DNA of 49,101 nt, from assembly GCA_038087875.1 (NCBI GenBank), contig JAXLNO010004468.1, positions 186,001-235,101 of the forward strand, given 5' to 3'. Positions 22,000-34,012 of the stretch are shown here, piece by piece; positions within the stretch are counted from its first letter, which is position 1; each line of letters opens with the position of its first letter. Below the pieces are notes generated by a model, which saw only the letters and a list, made by a program, of their open reading frames with translations, made no database searches and was not told the origin of the DNA. The DNA comes from Malacoraja senta (taxonomy: Eukaryota). The position numbers and the translations under genes were made by a program.

Positions 22000-24900
22000 A
22001 ATCTGTAAATATATATTTTAAGCCCGGGGGAGCATTTTGTCTTTTGTTATTGTTTAATAGAAACCATTATTGTTTACAAACAGATTCATGGTTGATTACG
22101 ATAACATACTTCCTCCCTTGAAGGACTTCGGCAGCGAGTGAAGTATGAACTGTTACACGGTTTGAAATCACAGAGCTTTAAAATCTTCACGTAGTCACTC
22201 ACGTGACTCCGGTAAAATAGTAAGATTAAACGAGAACTTACCAGTTTGAAGTTTGATCTGTATTTTATGAGGAGTTACGATGAGGGATTACGTGCCCTCC
22301 GCTCCCACCCTCAATTATAGAGATCAACTGGTATCTTAGTTCTCCTTTTCTTTACTATGTTTATTTCATTTCTTGTGTTTCCTGTGATTCCACACCGCTG
22401 CTTTGAAGTATGTCGCGCATGCGTGCTGGACGGGTTCTTCACGTAATCCCTCATCGTAACTCCTCATAAAATACAGATCAAACTTCAAACTGGTAAGTTC
22501 TCGTTTAATCTTACTATTCGCCATGTCTGTAAAATAATACTTCTTCCATATTCCATCTGTCCACAGATGGATACCTTTTGAGTGGCACCAATCCCAGTAC
22601 ACTGATATCAGTCTGTTAAGACCATGGAAGGCTGTTCAATCCGTATCTTGCTTGAACTACTGAGAAACATGTTAAATCCACTACTGTAATCAGAAGCAGC
22701 ATTTGTTGTTCAATTGCATGGCCTATCAAAAAATGGAAATCATGCATCTTACTGTTTTTTTCTTTTTGCAGTCTGCTGCTGCTGGTAGTCCAATGGCCCA
22801 TATTGTATTGCTGCAAATAACACTAATTCTCCTAACAAGCTGGCCACCTGTCTTAATTGAAGATTGTTGCTTTTCCAACTGCTTAATACAACCATCAATG
22901 AGCTTTACCCTTTACCCTGGGTAAATTACTACCTTTTCAATTGAATCAAATAATCAATTGTTGTAAGTATCGTTAACTTAATTTCTCACTGGATGAATTA
23001 AACCCAACTTTCAAAAGCGGTTTGAATAATTTGAGAGAGATAACTCACGAATTCTCTTGTTTGTCCTAATTAGGACATTATCCAGTTAAGCAATCCACAT
23101 CTGTCCTTGGACTCTAATTAGCCGCAAAATTGGTTTTTACCAATTTAGTGAATTTCTAGGGACTGAAGTTAACCCGTTAGACAGAACTTTGAATTGCCAT
23201 AATTGTTCCTTTAGATCATTTTATCTTATAAATGAACACACACTAAGTAATGTACATCTTTCAGATCTATGTGCCATAAAACATATTTTTTGAAATAAAT
23301 TGCATGGCAGTCTCAAAGTCTCTATTTTGAAGTGTCTATACTTCACAACATTTTATAGACTTGTCAGATCTAAAATACTCCTCACCTTTTTAGGTTGAGA
23401 AATTTTAAAGACAATTTGGTGGTTTTGATAAACCGACCTTTCAATTACTTGTTTATAAACACGTTTTCAATTCAGCTTGAACCTCCATCAATTATTTTTA
23501 TGTGAAATTGGAGTGTTCTGCTTGGAACATACTGGATGGCAAATCAGTATTTGAATCGAATCAATTAGAAACCTTTCTATAATACTCAGAATAATACCTG
23601 AAGTAATTTGCTTCCAATATTTGGCTGTTTTTGCCTTAATATGTTCCCATAAGAACCAGGTCCACCTACCTCCTTTGTCATCTGAGTGACCTGTGGTCCC
23701 TGGCTCCTGGCAGGCAAAAACCACGCTTTTTCGTTTTCCTGCTCCAGGGCATCAACTGCGTACCTGCTTCATTGGTCGATTTGATCCTGATGTCGGTCCA
23801 GGATTTTGTATGATGTCTGAAAGGATACGTCCTCTATGCAGACTTGACGACCATTGATGTTGTGATCAACGTTGCTGTTTTTGCCTCATTATCCAACTCT
23901 TTCCCACGATTCATGAGGTTTTTTCTCTGAAGAATAAGTTGAATGACTGCACATTGCTGGGCTTTACAGAGTTGCTGCAACTTTGGGTTGATGGTGGACC
24001 GAATGGCATACTTCCCGAAACAATTCATCTTGAAGTGGGCGCTACATAGCAACTTTAGTGCCACTTGATGTATCTCCATCCATGGCCTCCATCCATCGTT
24101 TTGCAAATTGCAGTTGTTCATCAATCCAGCAGCTTCAATATTCTCTGCAGTTTACTTTCCTTAGGCTTACATGCCTTCGCCCATCTGACCCCTTATCTTG
24201 GTTCACTGCTAGTACTTTTAGCAATACGCAGTTCCTTGGGATCTCGTGCTTTTTTGTCATTTTCATCCATCGTAAGCTACTAGAGCTGATGGCAGACACA
24301 ATAGTTGATCACAGAGACCATGTCCTTTCCAGTGGCTCTCCTGACTCTGACGGGGCAGCGAATCGTACTACCAGGAGTAAAACATCTGGCAGCTGCCGTC
24401 TTCGCTTGTATCGGCCTCACCGTCAGACTCAGGGTCAGAACTCCCACAGAGCAGCAAATCGTACTGCCAGGAATAGCCCATCTGGCAGCTGCCGTCTTCG
24501 CTTGTTTTGGAAACTCTGCTGACCCTGTGCACGCGCCTCATCAATGAGCGTGCTATCAAGCAGCCCTTTACTAGGTGCTGCTGACCTGGCTTCTGGAGCC
24601 TGGTTCTGACATCACTCCTCCTGGAGTATGTTTTGTTGGAGCAACCTGTGTACAGGTTATCCATTTGGAATATCCACTCAGAAAGTGGTATCCAGCCTTG
24701 GAGGTGAATCCCAAACTGACTTTTGCTCCATGGCCCTGACTCGTATGTTGCCTAGCACCCAATTGACGCTGGCTCCGTTCTTTTCTTTAATGCACAAGTC
24801 CACAGTTCGCCCCGCTCCCAGCCGGCGACCGTTGTAGGGTATGACGCAGTCCTTTACCGACCGCATTCCCGCAGCTTTTTATCGGCTTTGCCTTGCCCCA

Positions 24901-25369
24901 CTGGTGCTGACTAACTTCACTTCAGCCCCAATATCCCCAGTCGCTATGCTGTCTGCTGTCGACTGTACCGTGGTCAGAGGCGGCTGGTCGCCGACCGCAA
25001 TCTTGCGACTTTCTACCGGCTGAGTCGCTCGCCTCCTCCCCTTGCCCGTTTTTCCATGGCGCCTGTGGAAAAAATCCCCACAGACCCACAGCAAACGGAC
25101 ACGGAAATACTTACAAAAAAGTTTATACTTACCTTGTAGTTTAAAAACTACAATTCCACTAGAGGTGCTCTGCTCCTCGCGACCGTTTGCGCCAATGCGT
25201 CTGACGTAATGACGCGCAGGCGCACTGGCGGGGTTCTTCACGTAGTCACTCACGTGACTCCGAAGTAAAATCGAGCTGTGGTCACTGGTCATCAAAGGCT
25301 CCTTCACACACACTTCATTAACTTGCCCTGCCCAATTTCACAATACGTGTCAATCCGTCCCTTCCTCAG

Positions 25370-25655
25370 ATGGGATGACCGTCACCGTTTGGCATTCGCC
25401 GGGGCAGTCTCTGCATCGCCTGGAGACGAGGTTGTGTGGACGTGCACCGCAGAGGGAGCGGACGGCACTGATATTAAGCTCTGGTACAGAAATTACGCGG
25501 GAGGGAGGCCTCGGATTTTATTTTACTCCATGAACAGCGCCCACCTGGATCCATGACGACGGTTTCACGGCGAAGAGACAATGAGTCAACCTGACCTGAC
25601 ATCGGCCAGCCTGCAGGCTCGTCCACCCGCCACGTATCTGTGCGCATGAAAATGT
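25370..25655 (+). pseudogene. TRBV: TRBV exon of inverted unit V3
   Basis: Acceptor cttcctcAG at 25368-25369. Reads (Y)GMTVTVWHSP, then after a 1-nt frameshift SASPGDEVVWTCTAEG...LWYRNYAGGRPRILFYS, a stop at 25554-25556, and ...LTSASLQ..PATYLCA* (conserved TGG changed to TGA). Confidence 0.9.
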
Positions 25656-25693
25656 CAGAGCGACTCAGTGTATGGGAAGATCCGAAAAAATCC
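25656..25693 (+). promoter_or_regulatory. Degenerate 23-type RSS
   Basis: CAGAGCG (25656-25662), 22-nt spacer starting ACTC as in V1, then AAAAAATCC (25685-25693). The essential CAC is mutated. Confidence 0.75.
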
Positions 25694-25775
25694 CCATAGC
25701 GGCCCTGAATATTACTATCGGCCGTTGCACAGTGGCGCAGCTGGTAGTACCGTTTCCTCTCAGCTGTCGGTTAAT

Positions 25776-26062
25776 ATGTGTGTGTGCGCGTACGTGTGTG
25801 TGTGAGAGTCCGTGTATGTGTATGCGTGTGTTCGTGTGTTCGTGTGTCCGTGTGTGCATGCGTATATGCATGTGCGTGTGAGTGTGTTGTGTGTTGTGTG
25901 TGTGTGTTTCTGTTCATGCGCGTGTGTGTGTGAGTCTGTTTCTGTGTGTGCCCCTGTGTCTGTGTGTATGTGCATATGTGCGTGCGTGTGCGTGTGTTTG
26001 GGTGCATATGTGTCTGCGTGTGTGCGTGTGTGTGTGCTTGTGTGTTTGTGTGTGTGTGTGAG
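25776..26062 (+). repeat. Degenerate (GT)n microsatellite, followed by a (GGAT/GATA)n tract to ~26230
   Basis: Direct inspection. Confidence 0.92.
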
Positions 26063-26329
26063 GGGTGTCATTTGGATGGAAGAATGAATGGACGGATAGA
26101 TAAATAGGGAGTTAGTTGGATGGATAGGAAAATAAATAGATAGTAGGATGGATGGATAGATGAATGGATGATAGATAGACAGAGAGATAGTTGGATATGT
26201 TGATGCGTGAATAGTTGGATAGATGGATAATTCGCTGGATTAATAGTTGGATGTCTATCTCGCTTTCTCGCTCTCTACCTATCTACCTATCTCTCTACCA
26301 CTACCTATCGTTGAAATTATTCATCTCCT

Positions 26330-26910
26330 CCAAACTCATCCACCTATCCGGTCCGTATCCAAGATTTGGAATCTTATACCGCGGCGAGACCAAACGTAGA
26401 CTGGGCGATTATTTCGCTGAAAAGCTTCGCACAGACCGGTAGAACCCACCTAATCACCCGGTTAATAAACACTTTAATTTTTCTTCCCTTTCCCACACTG
26501 ACCTTTCTGTCCTAGGCCTCTTCCATTGTCAGAGTGAGACTAAACACAAAATGGAGGACCAGCATCTCATATTTCGCTGGGCAGCTTACAGCCCAGTGGT
26601 ATGAAAATTGATCTCTCGAACTAAAGGTAGCCCCGGAATTCTATCTCTCTGTATCCCTCTCTCACACAAATCACACGAGCCTCGTTTTCACTCAATACAC
26701 AGCTAACAATGGCCTGTTTCCTTTATCATCTTTACTTTAGTGCACGTTTCAATCATTGTTCTTTATCTGTCTACATCATCGACTTTATCTCTCGTTTCCC
26801 TAATCCCGAACCACTGAAGAAAGGTCGCGACCCGTAACTTCGCCCATTCCTGCTCTCAAGTAATGCTGCCTGTCCCGCTGAGGTACTCCAGCTATTTTGT
26901 GTCCATCCCT
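26330..26910 (+). mobile_element. Old Penelope-like 3' fragment
   Basis: LYRGETKRRLGDYFAE (GIY-YIG remnant) and a decayed terminal motif ctgaagaaaggtcgcgacccgtaac...ccgctgaggtactccagc. Confidence 0.75.
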
Positions 26911-27178
26911 ATTTGTCTATCTGTCTGAATGTCTATCACGCCAGCTCTCTCCCTATTTCTCTCTGTCTCTATCTGTTTGATAATCCGGCTCTATCTCTCT
27001 ATAGCCTTTTCTATCATTCTATTTGCGTGTATCTCTCACTCTCGCTCTCTCTCTCACTCTCTCTCTCTGTCTCTTTTTTTTTTTTTTTTTTTTTTTTCTC
27101 CAAAAAATTTATTCAACACACTCAATAATACATCACATCAATACATAATCAAAAGATACATTATATCAAACCACATCA

Positions 27179-30100
27179 TTATAGTACAACATTACATTCA
27201 TTATTTATTATACTCTCCACCCCACGCGGTGACCATCGCCCACGGAAGGCCTCCAGAGTCCCCGTGGACACCGCATATTCCCGCTCCAGGGACACCCGTG
27301 CACGGACGTACGCCCGGAAGAGGGGCAGGCAGCCAACTCTCGCCTCACCATCGACCGCCCGCTGCCTGGACCCACGAATGGCCATCTTAACCAGGCCCAG
27401 GAGCAAACCGACAGGGAGGTCCCAACCCCCCACTTGACTCTCCCCACACCCTACTTTATGCCCACACACTAGAATCGTGGGACTAAAATGCAACCAAAAC
27501 TTAAGGAACAACCCCTTCAGATATTGGTACAGGGGCAGTAACCTCTCACACTCCATGTATACGTGGAACACAGTTTCTTCCTCGCCACAGTAAAATACAC
27601 GCGGCGGACGAACCCGTGAACCGACTCAAAAGTTTATTACAAACCACCGCTCCATGCAACAGTCTCCACCCCAGGTCCCCAATGTAAAGGGGGACAACTC
27701 CCGTATAGAAGGACCCCCACCAGGGACCCCCCCCCACCATCAGGTGGTAACACCGTCCGCCACGGTGTGTCAGGACGGGAAACAAAGGCAAGGAGGTGCA
27801 GAATGTGCAGGAACATCCTATACAATGTGCGTCTCTTCGCATCACGAAACGGTATGCTGATCATCTCAGAAAGGCGGCTCAGGTTGTGTGGAGCCGGTTC
27901 CCGAGATATATCCCGGAGCCTTGGCCCGATGAGCAGATCTGACGGAGCAATTGAAAGCTCAGCCAGAACCACTCTAGGCACTCGCCTCTCCTCGACACCC
28001 GCCATGACTGGGCGAGGACCGGCCACTCCCGCAGCCGCACCATCCCCCTCCCCTCGTAGAACAACACGCTGACTGAAAACAACCAAATTCCTCACTCTGA
28101 TCACATCCCGGTAGAAAACAGGCAAACCCCTTAGGGCGGGTCTACTGATGCCCGCCACCGAGAGCCGCGAGCCCCCCCCTAGGCAACGACCACGACGAAA
28201 CAAATACGTGGCCAGAGCGTGCCATCTGGGGGGATTCTCTACATACATATACCTCCGCAGAGTCCTGAGACGGAGAGCCGCCACCTGGGTACGCACGCAT
28301 ACCAAGGACTGGCCGCCCTCCTCTAACGGGAGACTCAGGACCGCTGCAGAGACCCAGTGCTTCCTATTCCCCCAGAAGAAATCTACCAGCTTCTTCTGAA
28401 GAGCATTTACAAATATGGAAGGTGGGACAAGAGTAGCCAGCCGGTACCATAACATAGAGGCCACCAGCTGGTTTATGACCAGCACCCTCCCCCGGAAAGA
28501 AAGAACTCCAAGCAAGCCCGACCAGCGCCCCAGCCGGGCAACCACCTTCGTCTCCAACTCCTGCCAGTTCGCCGGCCAAGCATCCTCAGTGGGACTCAGG
28601 TAAACCCCCAGATAGAGGAGATGTGTAGTGCTCCACACATACCTTGCCATCTCCTCCGGCAGGGAATCCACCTGCCACTGACCCACTAAAAGACCAGAAC
28701 ACTTACTCCAGTTAATCCTTGCAGAAGATGCTGCTGAGAAAATCTCCTGGCAGTCACGCATCCTCCGCAGGTCACCAGGATCAGTGAACATAAGAAGTAC
28801 ATCATCTGCATACGCTGAAAGAACCACCTCCAACCCCGGCCCAGGTAGGGCCAGGCCTGTCAACCTCCTCCGAAGAAGACACAGGAACGGCTCCACACAG
28901 ACCGAGTACAACTGACCCGACATGGGGCACCCCTGACGGACCCCCCTCCCAAACTGAAAGGGAGCCAACAACGCACCATTAACCTTCACCAGGCACTCCG
29001 CTGCAGCGTACAAAAGCCGGACCCGGGCCACAAAATGCGGTCCAAATCCAAACGCTTGCAACGTCCCGAATAGGTAATCATGCTCTACCCTATCAAAAGC
29101 CTTCTCCTGATCAAGAGACAGAAAAGCAGCTGACTGACCAGTACCCTGAACTATATGAATCAGGTCCCTAACCAGGTGGATGTTATCCTGAATGGACCTG
29201 CCAGGGACCGTATAGGACTGGTCAGGATGAATCATTTGAGACAGCACAGGGCCCAGGCGATTTGCCATTGCCCGTGCAAATACTTTATACTCTGTACATA
29301 GGAGAGATACCGGCCTCCAGTTCTTCAACACGCGGAGTTCGCCCTTCTTGGGTAGCAAGACAACAACTGCCCTACGCCACGATAGGGGCATCGCCCCGGC
29401 CGCCAAACTCTCCCCCAGCACCAACATGTAATCACCCCCCAGGATATCCCAGAAAGCTCTGACAAACTCCACCGTCAACCCATCCATCCCGGGTGACTTA
29501 CCCTTCCTGAGCTGAAACAATGCACAAGTCACCTCCTCCAAAGATAAGGGGCCATCAAGAAGATCGGCCACCTCCCTATCAATAGTCGGTAGACCCTCCC
29601 ACAAGTCCTTCTGAGCCTCCCCGTTATACCCCCCTGCGGAGAACAGGGACCCATAAAATCACCTGACCTCCTCACTGATCCTCTCCGGATCAGTGACTGA
29701 GGATCCATCATCTGCGAGCAACTCTACGAGCTGCTTGCAGGCTCCCCTCCCTTTCTCCAAAGAGAAAAAGAAAGGCGAAGCTCGGTCCAGATCTTGCATC
29801 ATCTGTACCCGCGCCCTCACGAAAGCGCCTCGGGACCGCTCAAGCAGCAGATTCCTCAAGGCTTCCTTCTTCTCCTGAAACTCTCCCCATTCACAGGAGT
29901 CCTCACCATCCCGACCCAGGCGAGACTCTGCACCCTGTAGCTCCCTCTCAAACCTCGCGACCGCTGAGTCCCTCCGTTCTGTCGACCCCCACTTATACTC
30001 CTTACAAAATAGACGAATGTGAGCCTTCCCCACATCCCACCACTGCCTAAGGGAAGAGAAGCACCTCCGCCCCTCTCTCCACTTCCCCCAAAACCTACTG

Positions 30101-30885
30101 AATGACTCCCGGAAACACCGATCCTCCAGCAACCGGTTGTTAAAGTGCCAGTACGCGGACCCAGCCCTAGCGCGCGCCGGATTAAAGTCCACACGCACCA
30201 GACAGTGATCCGAGCATGGCACCACCCGCATTGAAGCCTCTGAGACACGGGCAACAAACGCTCGGGAAATATATATTCTGTCAATACGGGAACCACCACC
30301 CTCATACCTCCGCGAAAAAGCATTGGAATCCGGATGGAGGTTCCGCCATGCATCAACCAACTCAAAGGATTCAATCATCCCTCTCAACTTCTTCGCTACA
30401 GCAGGGGCACACTGAGTACCAGAACGATCTCCCGCCTCAAGTGTGCAATTAAAGTCCCCACCAAGGAAAACACACTCTCCCCTATCAATAGTGCTCAACA
30501 GAGCAGTCACCTCCTGAATTAGGCCAGCCTGCATCGTACCGGAGCTAGGGGCATACACGTTAATGAAATGCAACGGCATGCCATCCAAGCTCACTGCCAG
30601 ATGGAGCAAACGTCCAGGCACAACTTCATTCACTTTTAAAATCGTTGGCAGGAAATTCTGGGCCAACAGAAAGGCCACCCCACTCGAATTTGAGCTGAGA
30701 TGGCTCATGTAAACCCCCCCTTCCCACTCCAGTCTCCAGGTAGGTTCATCACTAACAACTGTGTGCGTCTCCTGCAGAAAACACACTGCAAATCTCCCCT
30801 CTTTAAGGCCTGATAAAAGCTGAAATCTACGAAAACTCGATCTACTCCCGTTTAAGTTTAATGTTGCGACGGTGAATGTAAAGGC
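27179..30885 (-). pseudogene. Tx1 ORF2 (APE endonuclease + RT + C-terminal domain), frameshifted
   Basis: TLNLNG..., CFLQETH, GGDFNC, SRIDRIYIS, SDH, KSPGMDG, NWRPVSLL, GVRQGCPMSG and AYADDV. Frame breaks near 29630, 27640 and 27570. Confidence 0.92.
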
Positions 30886-30893
30886 CCACTTTA

Positions 30894-33154
30894 TTAAACC
30901 CCCTCAGTCCCCGTAGACACAACAAATTTCTCTCTGAGTAACCCCAAAAAGTCCCCATACTGCCCCACCTCTAAGTCAGTAAGATCACTCTCCCTGCTGC
31001 CAAGAATATCCTCGAGAGTCGGAATCAAACCAGGCAGATCATCCCACCGCCTACTAGCAGCATCCAATCTTGTTCTTGCGGAGCGGCTTGTTCTGAGAAA
31101 CTCTCGAACCACCTTTATCTCACAATCAAGAGCCTCGGCCTTGGAGTCTGGGCACTCGGCCAACGCACTTGCACCTGCACCATCAGACTCCACATCACAA
31201 CGTTCAAGGGCTCTTTCTGTAACTGAACGCCCAGAGCTCTCCAAAAGCTCTCCACCCCCACTACCCAAACTTTCCGGTTCACCCTCCCCCTCCTCCTGCA
31301 AGACACCACCCCCAGGATCACTGCCAGGTAAGGGCCCCGAAACCCCCAACTGCAACAAGCATCCCCCTGACTGGCCTGGCCCCTGCACGCTACCCTCACC
31401 CTCCACGCCTTGGCCTGCGGAAGCAAAAACACTAGGCTCCCCCAGGGCCTGGGATACACTGACACCCCTTGAAACTAAAGGGACATCACCACCCAAACTA
31501 TCCCCGACCTCCACAACACCTCTAGCATCCCCACCACTAGCAACACCCAGAGGCTCGCCTCTTACTTTTAGCCTCTCCCCTTCCACCTCATCCGGCGATG
31601 CAGCACACCCCCCATTACCACCACTGGCACTGATGTGCAGCATAGACTGGAACACCACAGCTCCCGACCCACCCCCCTCAGGCTGACTCTGCTCATCCTC
31701 CATCTCAGGGGCCCCCCTACCAGGGGCACATACCCCATCCTCTGGCGTTCCATCACCCTCAAGAGGCCTCTGAAACGAGGGGACCTCCTCCGACCCAGAG
31801 GACACCCCCCCAGGGGAGCTCACCTCACCACCCGATGAGATAACTCAATCGGAGGACCCCTGAAATGAAGGGACAGCCACCCGCCCAGAGGACACAACTC
31901 CAGCGGAATCAACCCCCTCACCTGCCCTAATTTTCGCCTCACGCCCTTCCTCTTCCTCGCCAGGCCTATTCCTTTTCACCCCACTAGCATGCGGCAGTAC
32001 GGTGACCTCCATAAAGGAAGGGTCTTCCACCCCCTCCCTACCCCCATCCACTATACCCCCCGCACCCTTTACCAACCCTTCCCCCGTCTGAGCGATCTCA
32101 TCGCCTTGCTGGGCCACATCAAGCACACTCTGGACCTCACTAGAACTAACACGCATATTTTTACTCTCCGGATGGCCCTTTCCCTTCTTCTTCCTCCCCT
32201 TCTTCACCTCCCACTTCCCCTCCCCGTCTTCATCCTCCCCCTCTCCACCCTCTCCCTCCCCCTCACCATTAGCCACCACCACCTCCACAGTCTCAGGACG
32301 CAGGGGCCTAAGGCCTTCCCCGCCCCGGGTCCCCAAGGCAGAACTTTCAGACCCAGATGGCCTATCACTTCCGCCCCGGATCCCCGAGGTAGAGCTAGCC
32401 GCCCTAGCCAGGTCAGCAGTGCCGCCCCGCGCCACCGAGGCATGATGTACCACCCCGGATGGGCCAGCATTGCAATCCTGGGCCACTACGCTAGAACTTC
32501 TAGCAACGCCCCCTGCGAGAAAGACACTCGTTACGGAAATGTCCATATGCTCCACACTCATGACACCGTGCCTTCCCCCAACTCCAATACACGGTTCTAT
32601 AGAGACCCTGACAATCCACCTCAAAGCTCCCCTCCTCGCCTTCGCCCTCACCCACCTTCATGAACACCCTCCTCTTAAAACTCAAGATCCCTCTTTCCTC
32701 CGGGTCCCCCCCGAGGTGCCTGAGCCTAAAGCACTTAGACCTCACCTCCCCAATCGTAGACAGGTGTGGCATAAGTGCAGCATCCGAAATAAATGTGGGG
32801 CAACTCCGCAGGAGAACCGGTCTCACCCTCGATAACCACGGATCCACCTGTAATTGGATCCCCCCCCACTGATATCCCCCTCTCCAACGCCATTTTCACA
32901 CCCTCCTCGGTCTTCAAAATTATCTCCACCTTGCCTCTTACAAGCTCGGAAGAGACAACAGCCCGCCCCCCAATAAGGTCATTCACGGCCTTGGTAATTG
33001 CACCCCTAGACATCTGGGGCCCAGTTTGGACCGAGATACCAAACTTGCCCCAATTCAAGTTCACATAAGGCTCATGCTCCACTGTCCTCGCATCCGTCTC
33101 TGATGCCGCCACTGCGTAGCTCCGGTTCTTCGGCCTTGCCCCAGCCTTCGCCAT
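30894..33154 (-). pseudogene. Tx1 ORF1 (gag-like with zinc knuckle), frameshifted
   Basis: Starts MAKAGARPKNRSYA and contains the CCHC knuckle CHECGAYGHFRNEC, followed by a long low-complexity C-terminus. Confidence 0.8.
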
Positions 33155-33631
33155 CCTGACAGAGGCACAACCAGCTCCAATCGCCCCGGCAGCTCAGCTC
33201 CACGTTAACTCCTGCAAACAGTCACAGTCAACAAGTAGCAGAACTCTGAAGCCTCCAGCTACAGCCAGAAAATCCCCAAAGACGTCCACAGCCGACAGCA
33301 GCTTTTGGGAAGCTCTATCCCATTCTTTCCGGACTCAACAGTACCATCTTCACATTAAACCCGGCATCCGCCGGAGCAAAATGCCTTTTTTTCCGTTCCC
33401 TCTAATACCATCCACTCTTGGCAGTCCGCCAACGACAACCGCACCCTCGACAATGGAAAAATATCTCCGGAATGTCCGCACTTGTGGAGAATTCCTAGAG
33501 CAGAGAAAAGTTTCACCAGTCCAACAATAAGTTAGACCATGAAGCCCCTCTGCCTCTGTTCCTTCCCCATCGACAACGTCCTTGAAAAGCTGTTTGAATC
33601 CTTCTCAACTGCAGAGCTGAAAAAACACAGC

Positions 33632-33636
<5 letters not shown>

Positions 33637-33707
<71 letters not shown>
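33637..33707 (+). repeat. (CT)n microsatellite, 5' flank of the Tx1 element
   Basis: Near-perfect CT run. Confidence 0.97.
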
Positions 33708-33708
<1 letters not shown>

Positions 33709-33877
33709 ACCTGTACCTCTCCCCCTGTCGGACTATCTTTCTCTCCATTTATCTGCATGTCAATCTCTGTCTCTCTATGTGTCTATACCTCCATATCTAT
33801 ACCAGTCTGTCCAACTCTCTATCTCGCTATCCATTTATTCTCTGTGTATAACTATATGTATGACATTGTACACATTC

Positions 33878-33945
33878 ATAATAATAATAATAGATTTTAT
33901 TTATATAGCGCTTTTCAGGACTCAAAGTCGCTTCATCCCCCTCAA
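33878..33945 (-). mobile_element. L2-type 3' tail
   Basis: Minus strand tgaagcgactttgagtcctgaaaagcgctatataaataaaatc(tat)n. Confidence 0.65.
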
Positions 33946-34012
33946 TTCAATGACTTCATCCCCCTCAATTCAATGGCAATTTTTCTTTACTCCTACGTAC
34001 ATTTGTCTTCGT

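Larger units (their letters stand above)
17355..22518 (+). mobile_element. DIRS-type retrotransposon, younger inner copy, full length
   Basis: Left ITR from 17355, gag-like/RT/RNase H/MT remnants (AYLDD at ~19386, TDAS..GWG at ~19885), YR ORF, ICR ~22184-22294 and right ITR ~22398-22518. Confidence 0.93.
15372..25271 (-). mobile_element. DIRS-type tyrosine-recombinase retrotransposon, old outer copy, split by a second DIRS
   Basis: 5' ITR at 25271-25200, internal complementary region (ICR) at ~15700-15600 and 3' ITR at ~15480-15372. Decayed RNase H (NNTTAMACINCMGG), methyltransferase-like (GVFVVPDGSTQPWF) and YR remnants at ~15900-16100. Confidence 0.88.
27074..33636 (-). mobile_element. Full-length Tx1-clade non-LTR retrotransposon (~6.6 kb) inserted in (GA)n
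   Basis: AATAAA plus a 24-nt poly(A) (27097-27074), ORF1 and ORF2 remnants, and GA repeats on both flanks. Confidence 0.93.

Noticed and set aside
25728-25734. CACAGTG downstream of the V3 RSS, a possible D-segment signal
   Set aside because: No nonamer at either spacing. The context (gcacagtggcgcagctggtag) looks like a SINE head remnant.
31141-32835. Plus-strand Pro/Ser-rich ORFs (31141-31686, 31989-32663, 32470-32835)
   Set aside because: Antisense shadows of the GC-rich Tx1 ORF1.
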